Shown here piece by piece: positions 9,395-19,088 of a stretch of 64,000 bases of DNA. Source of the stretch: Candidatus Krumholzibacteriia bacterium (GTDB taxonomy: Bacteria > Krumholzibacteriota > Krumholzibacteriia > JAJRXK01); assembly GCA_041484665.1 (NCBI GenBank), contig JBGPIA010000001.1, positions 32,001 through 96,000 of the forward strand, read 5' to 3'. Positions within the stretch are counted from its first letter, which is position 1. Each line of letters begins with the position of its first letter. Under the pieces are notes generated by a model. That model saw nothing but the letters and a program-made list of their open reading frames with translations, had not been told where the DNA came from and did no database searches. A program made the position numbers and the translations under genes.

Positions 9395-9441
9395 CTTGAT
9401 CGCGATACAAGAATAATAGTCCTCAGCGTAGCTCAATGCAA
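9395..9441 (-). promoter_or_regulatory. Sigma70-type promoter of the SahR-like/ahcY operon with adjacent palindrome
   Basis: Minus strand TTGCAT (9441-9436), 17 nt spacer, TATTAT (9418-9413). Imperfect palindrome CTTGATCGCGATACAAG at 9395-9411. AT-rich island in GC-rich DNA. Confidence 0.55.
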
Positions 9442-9531
9442 CTGGAGATTGGGGCCAGGCAGCGGGTGCGGGGCGGCCGGATCGATTCGCGCCGCAGCGA
9501 GCGACGCGTGCGTGCGCGCAACGGCGGCGCG

Positions 9532-10905
9532 CTACCTCGTGGCCGGGTGCTCAAGGTGGTCCGCGAGGAACACCGCCAGGTGGCGCACGGGAAGGTCCAG
9601 GCCGCGTTCGCGCAATCCCTGCAATAGGAACAACTCACACCCCGGATTGGCAGAGAGCAGCACCTCCGGAGCGGCCTCCACAATCGCGTCGAGCTTCTCG
9701 GCGCGCGCGGCGCGGGCCAGGACGGGCTGGCTGGCGTTGTAGCTGCCGGCGCTGCCGCAGCAGCGCTCCGCGTCGCGCAGCGGTACCACGGTCAGCTGTG
9801 GGACCGCGCGCAGCAGCCGCAGCGGCGCATCCACGATGCGCTGGGCGTGCGTATGGTGGCACGGCGGGTGGTAGACCACGCGCGCCGCGCTGGGGGACAA
9901 CGGCAGCCGGTCGACGCGCTGCGCCAGCCATTCCACCAGGTCCACCGTGCGCTGCCCCACGGTTGCGGCGCGCTCCGCGTAGTCGGGATCGTCGCGCAAC
10001 AGCTCCCCGTAGGCGCGCATGTGGGCGGAGCACCCGGCGCTGGGCACGACGATCAAAGGCGCGGCGGACATGGCGTCCACGTTGCGCCGCGCGAAGGCCC
10101 GCGCCACCCCAGCCGACCCTACGTGCTGGCTCAGCGCACCACAGCACACCTGCCCGCGCGGGATGTACGGCACGCCCCCGCACGCCTGCACCAGCCGCGC
10201 CGTTGCGGGCAGTACCTCGGGCGTGAACACCCGCTGCGCGCAGCCGGCCAGCAGCGCGACGTCACCGTGCGCCGGGAGCGAAGGCCGCGCCGGATACACA
10301 GCAGCGCGCGCCGGCAGCGCCGCGAGCAGCTCGCGCAGCGCCGGTGGAGCAGCCGCGCGGAGCGCGCCGCGCGCCATCCACTGCCCGAGCGCGCACATCA
10401 GCCACGCGCGCCGTGGGTGCGCGAGCACGTGATCGACCATCCACGCCACCAGCCGCTCCCGACCGCGCGGCGGCGGCCCCAGCCGCGACCGCGTCTGCTC
10501 GAGCAGATGGCCATACGCGACGCCCGACGGGCAGACGGTCTCGCAGTTGCGGCAGCCCATGCAGCGGTCGAGGGGACGGCGATCATGCAGACGGCCCGGC
10601 ACGCCGCCCAGCGCGGCAGGCACCTCCGCCGCGGCCAGCACATCGGCCATCAACATCAGGCGGCCGCGCGGCGACTCGGCCTCGTCGCCGGTGGCGAGGT
10701 AGGTCGGGCACGCCGAGAGGCACAGCCCGCAGTGGATGCACGTGCGCAGGAGCGCGGCGAAATCGGGGGATGCCCCGGCGTGCGCATCCGGCGCGCCGGG
10801 CGCACCGGAGCGCGCGTCGTGCGGCGCGCTAGGCCGTGCATCCGCGCGCGCGGCGGCAGCGGGCTGCGGCGCGGCGTCCAGTGCCACCGGCGGGCGCTGG
10901 CTCAC
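9532..10905 (-). CDS. glcF: Glycolate oxidase iron-sulfur subunit
   Basis: CIHCGLCLSACP and CMGCRNCETVCP ferredoxin motifs plus two CCG domains (CCGAL, CCGSAG, SANPGC). Confidence 0.85.
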   Translation of the reverse strand: MSQRPPVALDAAPQPAAAARADARPSAPHDARSGAPGAPDAHAGASPDFAALLRTCIHCGLCLSACPTYLATGDEAESPRGRLMLMADVLAAAEVPAALGGVPGRLHDRRPLDRCMGCRNCETVCPSGVAYGHLLEQTRSRLGPPPRGRERLVAWMVDHVLAHPRRAWLMCALGQWMARGALRAAAPPALRELLAALPARAAVYPARPSLPAHGDVALLAGCAQRVFTPEVLPATARLVQACGGVPYIPRGQVCCGALSQHVGSAGVARAFARRNVDAMSAAPLIVVPSAGCSAHMRAYGELLRDDPDYAERAATVGQRTVDLVEWLAQRVDRLPLSPSAARVVYHPPCHHTHAQRIVDAPLRLLRAVPQLTVVPLRDAERCCGSAGSYNASQPVLARAARAEKLDAIVEAAPEVLLSANPGCELFLLQGLRERGLDLPVRHLAVFLADHLEHPATR

Positions 10906-12152
10906 GGCCGGCCTGCGACGCGGCGGGGCATGCTGGGCAGCAAGTCCTGGGGGTCGAAGGCCTCCGCCAGCCGGCGTTCCAGGGCCGAGGGCGGCACCAG
11001 AGCGCCGGCGCCGTCCAGCGCGGCCTCGAGGGCGTGCGGCAGCCGGTCCGCGACCAGCACACCGCCGTGGGGCGCGCTTGCCGCGGCCAGGTCCGCCAGC
11101 TCACGGTGCACGGCGTCTACCGGAGCCGTGGCGTCCAGCGCAAGCATCCCGTGTCCATTCTGCAGATCGAGCACGAGCCACGGGTCGGCACCCGCCCGCT
11201 CCAGCGCGGCCTCCGCCGCTCTCCAGGCGCCGAGCGCGGTCGAGGGCGTGGCCAGCCAGCGCCACAGCGCACGCTGGGGCTGCGCAAAGCCGAGATCGCG
11301 CGCTTGCTCTGCCAACCCGTCGGCCGGCTCGCCGGCGGCGGCCACCGCCCACGCGCGCACCGTCGCCTCCCACCCCTGCGCCATGGTGAGCAGTCCGCCC
11401 GGTCCGTCGCGCCCCAACGCGCGCAGCGCGCCGGCGCTCAGCCAGGCCTGGATCACCGGGTCCAGCGCGGTCGCCGGCCGTCGCAGCCGGGCGAGTTGCT
11501 CCAGCGCCTGGGGCAGCGCCGCCACGTGCAGCAGCGCGCGTTCCGTCTCGGGCAGGGGCTCGAGCTTCAGGGTGAAGTCGAGGATCAGCCCGAAGGCTCC
11601 GCGCGCGCCATGGTGCAGGCGCATGAGGTCGTAGCCGGCGACGTTCTTCACCACGCGCGTGCCGGCCTTGACCAGAGTGCCGGCGCCGTCGACGGCCGTC
11701 AGGCCGATCACCGCCTCGCGCAGGCCGCCACCCGGCGCGCCGCGCAGTCCGCGGTCGCCGGCCGCGAAGGCACCCCCCAGGGTCGCACGCTGCGGCAGCG
11801 GGGCCGACGCGGCCAGGCGCATGCCTTCGCCGGCGAGCGGCGCGGCCAGTCCCGCGAGCGTGCAGCCGGCGCCGGCGCGGCAGACGAAGTCGTCGCGCCA
11901 CAGGTCGAGGACGTCTGCGAGCCCGGCCGTGCGCACCAGCGCGCGCCCGGGAGACTGCGGACGCCGGCCGCCCCCGGCGGGTGCCCAGGCGCAACGCGCA
12001 CCGGCCAGGATCTCCGCGGCCAGGCGCGCGGCCTCGCGCCCCTGCGGCACGACCACCATCGCGCCGTCGGCCTTAAGAATCACCGACGCAAGGCCCAGCG
12101 CCACGCGCAGGCGATCGGCGGCGCGCGGCGTGGAGAGGGCCGCCGGCTCCAT
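10902..12152 (-). CDS. glcE: Glycolate oxidase FAD subunit (GlcE-like)
   Basis: ATLGG, RVVKNVAGYDLMRL, C-terminal AFDP; sits between glcD and glcF with overlapping start/stop codons. Confidence 0.75.
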   Translation of the reverse strand: MEPAALSTPRAADRLRVALGLASVILKADGAMVVVPQGREAARLAAEILAGARCAWAPAGGGRRPQSPGRALVRTAGLADVLDLWRDDFVCRAGAGCTLAGLAAPLAGEGMRLAASAPLPQRATLGGAFAAGDRGLRGAPGGGLREAVIGLTAVDGAGTLVKAGTRVVKNVAGYDLMRLHHGARGAFGLILDFTLKLEPLPETERALLHVAALPQALEQLARLRRPATALDPVIQAWLSAGALRALGRDGPGGLLTMAQGWEATVRAWAVAAAGEPADGLAEQARDLGFAQPQRALWRWLATPSTALGAWRAAEAALERAGADPWLVLDLQNGHGMLALDATAPVDAVHRELADLAAASAPHGGVLVADRLPHALEAALDGAGALVPPSALERRLAEAFDPQDLLPSMPRRVAGRP

Positions 12153-13582
12153 CACAGCGCCACCTGCCGTCCCGCCACCCGCAGCTCGTGACAGCCCCCC
12201 GCGCCGGGCAGCACCTTGCCGGGATTGCACAGACGAAGCGGATCGAACGCCGCCCGCACCCGGTCCTGGGCCTGCAGGTCGGAGGGCCCGAACAAGAGCG
12301 GCAGGAACTCGCGCTTCTCCAGGCCCACTCCGTGCTCGCCTGTGGGACTGCCGTCGAGCTCGATGCAGGCCATGAGGATCTCACCGCTGGCCCGCAGGGC
12401 CGCTTCGACCTGCGCCGGGTCGCGCTCGTCGAACAGGATGCAGGGATGGATGTTGCCGTCACCCGCGTGGATGACCGTGCCGATGGTCACGCCATTGCGG
12501 CGTGCCGCGTCGGCGATGGCCTGCACGATGCGCGGCACCGATGCCCGCGGGACGACACCGTCTTGCGTTGCGTAGTTGGGAGCCATGCGGCCGATGGCGC
12601 CGAAGGCGTGCTTGCGCGCTTTCCACAGACGCGCCCGCTCCTGCTCGTCGCGCGCCTGGCGCAGCTCGCGCGCGCCGTGGCGGTCGCAGACGCCGCGCAC
12701 CAGCTGGCCCTCGTGCTGCAGCGCCTCCAACGGACCATCCAGCTCCACGATCAGCACCGCGCCCGCGTCCAGCGGGAAGCCGAAGTGGAAGGCGTCCTCC
12801 ACGGCGCGGAGCATGATGCGGTCGATCATCTCCATCGCGGCCGGGACCACACCCGCGGCGATGATCCCGCTGACCGCGTGTGCCGCGTCGGCTTCGCTCT
12901 CGAAGGTCGCCAGGAAGGTCGTGACGGCGGCCGGCAGCGGGGTCAGGCGCACGGTCAGCTCGACGGCGATGCCCAGCGTCCCCTCCGCGCCGACCGACAG
13001 CCCCACCAGGTCGGGGCCGGGACCGGCCGTGGCGCGCCCGCCGTACGTGGCGAGCTCACCCTCGGGCGTGACTACCGTGGCGCTCAGCACGTGGGGCAGC
13101 GTTACGCCGTACTTGAGGGTGTGCGGGCCACCCGCGTTCTCGGCGAAGTTGCCGCCGATGGTGCAGGCGGCCTGGCTGGACGGATCGGGCGCGAAGCAGA
13201 GGCCATGCGGCGCCACCGCGCGCGAGAGCTGCAGGTTCACCACGCCAGGCTCCACCCGCGCGATGCGGTCCAGCGGATCCACCTCCAGGATCGCGCGCAG
13301 GCGCGCCAGGCCGATCTGGACCCCACCCACGAGCGTCATGCAGCCGCCCGACAGCCCGGTGCCGGCACCGCGGGCCACATAGGGGACGCCGTGACGCACG
13401 CACCAGCGCACGATGGCAAGCACCTGCCCGGCCGTGCGCGGCAGCAACACGCCCTCGGGCGCGATGCGGTGCAGGGTGTAGCCGTCGGCGTCGTAGACGC
13501 GGCGGTGGACGGCGTCGTCGAGCAGGACGTCGTCGCCGCACAGCGCGGCGAGCTCGCGGCGCGCGGTGGCGGGCAGGCTCAC
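12152..13582 (-). CDS. glcD: Glycolate oxidase FAD subunit GlcD
   Basis: RGAGTGLSGG, APDPSSQAACTIGGN, KYGVT, HAGDGNIHP, TGEHGVGLEK, NPGKV. GTG start at 13582. Confidence 0.9.
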   Translation of the reverse strand: MSLPATARRELAALCGDDVLLDDAVHRRVYDADGYTLHRIAPEGVLLPRTAGQVLAIVRWCVRHGVPYVARGAGTGLSGGCMTLVGGVQIGLARLRAILEVDPLDRIARVEPGVVNLQLSRAVAPHGLCFAPDPSSQAACTIGGNFAENAGGPHTLKYGVTLPHVLSATVVTPEGELATYGGRATAGPGPDLVGLSVGAEGTLGIAVELTVRLTPLPAAVTTFLATFESEADAAHAVSGIIAAGVVPAAMEMIDRIMLRAVEDAFHFGFPLDAGAVLIVELDGPLEALQHEGQLVRGVCDRHGARELRQARDEQERARLWKARKHAFGAIGRMAPNYATQDGVVPRASVPRIVQAIADAARRNGVTIGTVIHAGDGNIHPCILFDERDPAQVEAALRASGEILMACIELDGSPTGEHGVGLEKREFLPLLFGPSDLQAQDRVRAAFDPLRLCNPGKVLPGAGGCHELRVAGRQVAL

Positions 13583-14427
13583 GCGCGGCTCCGGCGCCCG
13601 ACCACCAGCCGGTGCGCGCTCACGCCGAGCATCGCCGGCTCCCGCTCCAGTGCAGTGAGCAGCTGGAGCAGCGCGGCCCGCCGCGCCGGGTCGCTCCACT
13701 GGCGCGGCAGGTCCTGCAGCATCCACGCCGGCCCCTCCACGGCCAGCAGCGCGACCGGCTCGAAGCCGGCCGCATCGAGCTCCTGCTGCAACTCCGTTGG
13801 GCGGTGGAAGCGGGCTGTGGTGAACCAGGCGGGATCCCCCGATGGATTGCGATGCTGTCCGTCGCGCAGGTCCTGCTCGACGATGGCTGCGAACGCCGGA
13901 TCGGCGATGAATCCACGCCTGAGCCCATCCAGCGCCGAGGCGAGCTGCGAGATCGCAGCGGCGACCACCACGCCGTGCGCCCGCAGCACGCGCCGCGCCT
14001 CGCGCAGGGCGCGCAGGCGGTCCGCGCGGTCGGTCAGGTGATACAGCGGACCCACGAGCAGCACCGCGTCGGCGGTGGCCGGAGCCCATCCCAAGCCCCG
14101 CGCGTCGCCCAGCGCGACGCTCGCCAGAGGGCGGGCTGGCTGCCAGGCGGAAGCCTGCCGCGCCTGCTCCACATGCAGCGACACGGGATCGAGCAGGTGG
14201 ACTTCGGAGCCTTGCTGCGCGAGCCAACAGGCGTGGGCGCCCGGGCCACCGCCCACGTCGAGCACGGCAGCGGGCGCAGGGCGGAGATGGCGCAGCAGAA
14301 TTTCCTGCGTGCGCGCCCGCTCCAGCTCACCCGAAGGCTCGCCGAGGCGCCGCCCCTCCAGGCCGCGGGCATCGTAGCCCGCGATCTCCGCAGCCAGCGC
14401 GCCGTCGTCGGACCGTTGCTCCGCCAT
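13579..14427 (-). CDS. Class I SAM-dependent methyltransferase
   Basis: C-terminal part of ORF 13579..16215, from ATG at 14427: VLDVGGGPG, LGDAR, VGPLYHL...ALREARRVL. Confidence 0.85.
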   Translation of the reverse strand: MAEQRSDDGALAAEIAGYDARGLEGRRLGEPSGELERARTQEILLRHLRPAPAAVLDVGGGPGAHACWLAQQGSEVHLLDPVSLHVEQARQASAWQPARPLASVALGDARGLGWAPATADAVLLVGPLYHLTDRADRLRALREARRVLRAHGVVVAAAISQLASALDGLRRGFIADPAFAAIVEQDLRDGQHRNPSGDPAWFTTARFHRPTELQQELDAAGFEPVALLAVEGPAWMLQDLPRQWSDPARRAALLQLLTALEREPAMLGVSAHRLVVGRRSRA

Positions 14428-14610
14428 GGGTCGCAAGATAGCCCCTGCCCCCACCCGCTTCAACGCCGCCGCGTGCGCAGCGCCGCCGGACAGGACGTCC
14501 CCGGGCGCCGCGTGCCTTGACAGCTCCCCCGCTGCCTCGCCAGACTCCGGCAATTGCGCGCTCCGGCGTCGGGCGCGGCGGCCTCCACCTCCAGGCATGG
14601 GAGCGACTCG

Positions 14611-16578
14611 ATGGGCGCAGACCCCGGACACGACAGCCAGGACATCCGCAATCTGTTGCAGGAATCCCGGGTCTTCCCGCCGCCCGCCGCGTTCGCCGCC
14701 GCCGCGCGCTGCCGCAACCTCGCCGAGTACCGCCGGCTCTACGAATGGTCGATCCTGGACCCCGAGGGATTCTGGGGACGCGCGGCCGAGGACTTCCACT
14801 GGTTCCGCAAGTGGGACCGGGTCCTGGAATGGAATCTGCCGCACGCCAAGTGGTTCCTCGGCGCCACGACCAACATCTCCTACAACTGCCTCGACCGCCA
14901 TCTGTCGGGGCCGCGCCGCGACAAGATCGCGCTCCTGTTCGAGGGTGAGCCGGGCGACCAGCGCACCCTCACCTACGCGCAGCTGCATGGCGAGGTGTGC
15001 AAGTTCGCCAATGCCCTCAAGGCGCTCGGTGTGCGCAAGGGCGACCGCGTGTGCGTCTACATGCCGATGGTGCCCGAGCTGCCCATCGCGCTGTTGGCGT
15101 GCGCGCGCATCGGCGCCCCGCACAGCGTGGTGTTCGGCGGGTTCAGCTCCCACGCGCTGGTCGACCGCATCAACGACGCGCAGGCGAGCGTGGTCATCAC
15201 CGCCGATGGGGGCTGGCGGCGCGGAATGGTAATCGAGCTGAAGCCCGCTGTGGACGAAGCGGTGCAGCACACTTCCAGCGTGCGCAAGGTCGTGGTGCTG
15301 CGCCGCGCGGGCAACGCCGTGACCATGCAGTCCGGCCGCGACCACTGGTGGCACGAGCTGGTGGAGGCCGCCTCCGCGGACTGCCCCGCCGAGCAGCTCG
15401 ACAGCGAGCACCCGTTGTACATCCTCTATACGTCCGGGACGACGGGGAAACCCAAAGGGATCGTGCACACCACGGGGGGCTACATGGTGGGCGCCGCGCT
15501 CACCATGCGTTACGTGTTCGACCTGCGTGAAGACGACATCTTCTGGTGCACGGCCGACATCGGGTGGGTCACCGGGCACAGCTACATCGTGTACGGCCCG
15601 CTGGCCAACGGAGCCACCTGCGTGATGTACGAGGGCGCTCCCAGTCACCCAGGCCCGGACCGTTTCTGGGACATGATCCAGCGCCACAAGGTGACGGTGT
15701 TCTACACCGCACCGACCGCGATCCGCACGTTCATCCGCTGGGGCGACCAGCATCCGGCCCGACACGACCTCTCGTCCCTGCGGCTGCTGGGCACCGTGGG
15801 CGAGCCGATCAATCCCGAGGCCTGGATGTGGTACCACCGCGTCATTGGCGGCGGCCGCTGCCCGATCGTCGACACGTGGTGGCAGACCGAGACCGGCGCC
15901 ATCATGATCACGCCGCTGCCGGGCGCCACGCCGACCAAGCCCGGCAGCGCCACGCTGCCTTTCTTCGGGGTGCTCCCCGACATCGTGAACGCGCAGGGTG
16001 AGAGCGTCCCCGCCCCCGGCGGCGGGTTCCTGGTGATCCGCCGGCCGTGGCCCAGCATGCTGCGCACGCTCTATGGCGATGATGAGCGGTACCACAAGCA
16101 GTACTGGTCGCAGATGGAGGGCTGCTACTTCACCGGCGACGGCGCCCACCGCGATGCGGACGGCTACTTCTGGCTCCTGGGCCGGGTCGACGACGTGATC
16201 AACGTCTCCGGCCATCGCATCGGGACGGCCGAGGTGGAGAGCGCGCTAGTCAGCCACGTCCAGGTTGCCGAGGCCGCCGTGGTGGGCTTCCCCCACGAGT
16301 TGAAGGGGCAGGGGATCGCCGCGTTCGTCACGCTGCGCGCCGGCGTGAAGGGCGACGACGCCCTCAAGCGAGAGCTCCTCCACCATGTCGTGCACGAGAT
16401 CGGCGCGCTGGCGCGACCCGATCAGATCCGCTTCACCGAAGGGCTGCCCAAGACCCGCTCGGGCAAGATCATGCGCCGCCTGCTGCGGGACATCGCCAGC
16501 GGAACGGAGACCACTGGCGACACGACGACGCTGGAGGACTACAGCGTGCTGGCGCGGCTGAGAGAGGACGAGGGCTAG
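14611..16578 (+). CDS. acs: Acetyl-CoA synthetase
   Basis: [56 protein letters not shown] at 14611 preceded by GGGAG. Confidence 0.97.
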   Translation: MGADPGHDSQDIRNLLQESRVFPPPAAFAAAARCRNLAEYRRLYEWSILDPEGFWGRAAEDFHWFRKWDRVLEWNLPHAKWFLGATTNISYNCLDRHLSGPRRDKIALLFEGEPGDQRTLTYAQLHGEVCKFANALKALGVRKGDRVCVYMPMVPELPIALLACARIGAPHSVVFGGFSSHALVDRINDAQASVVITADGGWRRGMVIELKPAVDEAVQHTSSVRKVVVLRRAGNAVTMQSGRDHWWHELVEAASADCPAEQLDSEHPLYILYTSGTTGKPKGIVHTTGGYMVGAALTMRYVFDLREDDIFWCTADIGWVTGHSYIVYGPLANGATCVMYEGAPSHPGPDRFWDMIQRHKVTVFYTAPTAIRTFIRWGDQHPARHDLSSLRLLGTVGEPINPEAWMWYHRVIGGGRCPIVDTWWQTETGAIMITPLPGATPTKPGSATLPFFGVLPDIVNAQGESVPAPGGGFLVIRRPWPSMLRTLYGDDERYHKQYWSQMEGCYFTGDGAHRDADGYFWLLGRVDDVINVSGHRIGTAEVESALVSHVQVAEAAVVGFPHELKGQGIAAFVTLRAGVKGDDALKRELLHHVVHEIGALARPDQIRFTEGLPKTRSGKIMRRLLRDIASGTETTGDTTTLEDYSVLARLREDEG

Positions 16579-16962
16579 GCGACGCGCGCGGGCGGATAGC
16601 GGGAGGTCAGCACGCGCTTGATTCGCCCCGCCCACGCAGCCTCGTCGTGGTGGGCGCCCGCATCCTCGAGCTAGGCCAGGTCCGCGCCCAGCGTCCAGCC
16701 GCACCCGGTCAGCGCTTCGCGCAGGGCGCGCGCCTGCTCCACGGCGCGCCGGTCACCTTGCGCATCGCCGCCTTCGGCCGTCCCCATGTCCAGCCAGATA
16801 CGCATGTCCGTCGTCGGCGCAGCCGCGACGCGGCGCAGGATCTCCGCGCCGGCCCATCACGTCGATGGCGAGACCAGGCCGAGCCGGCGCAAGACGCTGG
16901 AATGCTCGAGGCCTAGATGGAGCGAGACCAGGCCGCCCAACGAGGAGCCGGCGACGCCCGTA
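16575..16962 (-). pseudogene. 5'-truncated alpha/beta-hydrolase (putative esterase family) fragment with two internal stops
   Basis: Manual translation: TGVAGSSLGGLVSLHLGLEHSSVLRRLGLVSPST*WAG...RIWLDMGTAEG...ADLA*LEDAGAHHDEAAWAGR. GxSxG elbow and C-terminal His motif present; TGA at 16857-16859 and TAG at 16671-16673. Confidence 0.8.
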
Positions 16963-16995
16963 CGACGGCGCCGGCGGGTGCGGGGTTCCCGCCGC

Positions 16996-18057
16996 TCAGC
17001 CGTGCTGCGCTTGCGCGATCCGCTCCCGCTGGATCACGAAGCGCAGCGCGAGATAGAGCAGCAGATTGCCCAGCAGGCCCAGCAGGGCCCAGAACTGTTG
17101 CGCGTAGAACATGAAGACCTGCGTGAGGAAGATCGTCACCAGCACCGATCGCTGAAACATCCGGAACGCCTGCAGCCGGGATCCGCGGATGACCGCGACG
17201 CCCAGCAGCACGAACACCGCCGAGAGCAAGCTCGACACGAGCTGCGCCCAGTCGACCAGGGTAAAGTCGGCGAGCGGGCGCACTGCGGGACCGAAGCCCA
17301 GCACGCGCGTGCGGTCCTGTGCGCCGCGGTGGGCCAGCAAAACCAGGAGCACGACGTGCGCCAGCCGCACGCACAGCTGCGCCACGAAGAAGGCGGTCAC
17401 TCCCGTGACGAACGCAGGCAGGGCAGCGAGCTTGCGGTAGAGGCCGATCAGCGCGCCGCGCAGGTACGCCAGCGGTCCCGGCCGGCCGCGCGGGATCACC
17501 TCGCTGCGCAGGAGCAGCGAGCGCAGCGTGCTCACCATGGGATTGCGCGCGTCGCCGTGCGCGAGGTAGGCCAGGGCACGGTCCCGCTCGTCGGAGTCGA
17601 GATCGTCCACGGCAGCCTCGTGCACCTCCTGGAGCGCGTTGAGGAGGTACTCCTGTTGCAGCGCGCCGCGGTCGCGCAGCGATCGCGCTCCCAGATAGAG
17701 CAGGATGAAGCTGATGTAGATGAGCGAGACGGCGGGCCGGAAGAAGTAGTCGCTGTCGTGGGTGACGAACTTGCCGACCTCGTCAATGAACAGTCCGAAT
17801 CCGACGCCCGCCAGCAGCGTCGCCAGGCGCCGCGTCGCGCGGTCGAGGAACGACACCAGCAGCACGACCGCGGCCGCCATCAGCAGTCCGCCCCACAACA
17901 CGTGGGCAACGTGCAGGCCGGCGCGACCCAGCTCCGGGTAGCCGGCGAGGCGGAGCGTGAAGCGGGTGACCAGGATCGTAGTGACGGCCGCGAGCAGGAA
18001 CAGGTCGAAGGAGCGACCCGCTTCGAAGTCTCGCAGGAAGCGCTTCCGGCTGCGCAC
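16996..18057 (-). CDS. Hypothetical polytopic membrane protein
   Basis: About 8 hydrophobic segments; LHVAHVLWGGLLM and GFGLFIDEVGKFVT motifs. Likely GTG start at 18057. Confidence 0.75.
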   Translation of the reverse strand: MRSRKRFLRDFEAGRSFDLFLLAAVTTILVTRFTLRLAGYPELGRAGLHVAHVLWGGLLMAAAVVLLVSFLDRATRRLATLLAGVGFGLFIDEVGKFVTHDSDYFFRPAVSLIYISFILLYLGARSLRDRGALQQEYLLNALQEVHEAAVDDLDSDERDRALAYLAHGDARNPMVSTLRSLLLRSEVIPRGRPGPLAYLRGALIGLYRKLAALPAFVTGVTAFFVAQLCVRLAHVVLLVLLAHRGAQDRTRVLGFGPAVRPLADFTLVDWAQLVSSLLSAVFVLLGVAVIRGSRLQAFRMFQRSVLVTIFLTQVFMFYAQQFWALLGLLGNLLLYLALRFVIQRERIAQAQHG

Positions 18058-18336
18058 GCTCGTCCCCCCGGGCCTTGGGCCGCGACTCTGGCGTGGCCGC
18101 CGCGGTCTGCCGTGGCCGTGGCACTGTCGGTGCCCGTCCACCGTCACCGCCCGGACCCAGCCACCGCCGCGCGCAGCGGCGGGGCCAAAGCCGCCGCACC
18201 CCAGCGTAGTCGCCTGCCCCGTCGCGGTCACCTGTTGCCCGAAGGGCAGGCCCAGTGCAGGCTCGGGTGGCGCGCCGGCACGGCCGGCGGGCCAGACTCG
18301 GGAATAGATGGCGGTCCAAAGCGGTAGGAGAGGTCG

Positions 18337-19083
18337 ATGAGCCCAGGCAGAGCAGACGAGGCTCCGCAGGGGCGGGAGCCGCCGGGGGAGACGGTCGAGG
18401 TCGCTCCGGCCGGGCGCACGTCCGGCGCTGGGCTGGGCGCCAAGGCGTCTGCCGGCCCGCCCGTCGCTGCGCAGGGTGGACCAGCGGGCGCGCCGGCCGA
18501 CGCGGCTGATTGCCAGGACCTGCGCCGTGACGCGGCCTGGATCCGCGAGATCCGCGGCGGACGCCCGGAGGCCTTTGCCGACCTCGTCGACGCCTACGCG
18601 CCACGGCTACACGCGGTGTTGTGGAGGTTCCTGCGTGACGACGACGACCTGGCCGACGTGCTCCAGGAGACGCTGCTGCGCGCGTTCCGGTCGCTGGACC
18701 GCTACGACGCGACGCGCCCCTTCTACCCATGGCTGCGGAGGATCGCCGTGAACGCAGCCCTGAGCGAGCTGGAGCGCCGCAAGGGCCGCCGCGCGGTCGA
18801 CGAGCCCGACCTGATGCTCGCGGCGCTGCCGGCGAGCGAGCGCGACAGTCCCGACCGCCCCGTGCAGGGCCACGAGCTGGCCGCCGCCGTTGCGTCGGCG
18901 CTCGACAGCCTCCCGCCCCGGTGGGCAGCGGTCTTCCGTCTGCGCACGAACGAGGAGCTCAGCTACGCCGAGATCGCGCAGACGTTGGACATCCCCATCG
19001 GGTCGGTGATGTCGCGGCTGGCGCGGGCGCGGGCCCGCCTCGCGGAGACGCTGGCCGCCCGCTTCGGCCCCAGAACGGAGTGA
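18337..19083 (+). CDS. ECF RNA polymerase sigma factor
   Basis: Region 2 (DLADVLQETLLRAF...FYPWLRRIAVN) and region 4 (LSYAEIAQTLDIPIGSVMSRLARAR). Confidence 0.92.
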   Translation: MSPGRADEAPQGREPPGETVEVAPAGRTSGAGLGAKASAGPPVAAQGGPAGAPADAADCQDLRRDAAWIREIRGGRPEAFADLVDAYAPRLHAVLWRFLRDDDDLADVLQETLLRAFRSLDRYDATRPFYPWLRRIAVNAALSELERRKGRRAVDEPDLMLAALPASERDSPDRPVQGHELAAAVASALDSLPPRWAAVFRLRTNEELSYAEIAQTLDIPIGSVMSRLARARARLAETLAARFGPRTE

Positions 19084-19088
19084 CTGCC

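Noticed and set aside
8346..9530. SAH or SAM riboswitch upstream of ahcY
   Set aside because: Only 28 nt separate ahcY from the regulator, the predicted leader of the regulator is about 50 nt, and I saw no riboswitch consensus.
6567..16215. Long antisense or alternate-frame ORFs (e.g. 6567..8492 +, 12188..14041 +, 5' part of 13579..16215 -)
   Set aside because: They are shadows of real genes in high-GC DNA, with no recognisable motifs and Arg/Ala/Gly-biased composition.
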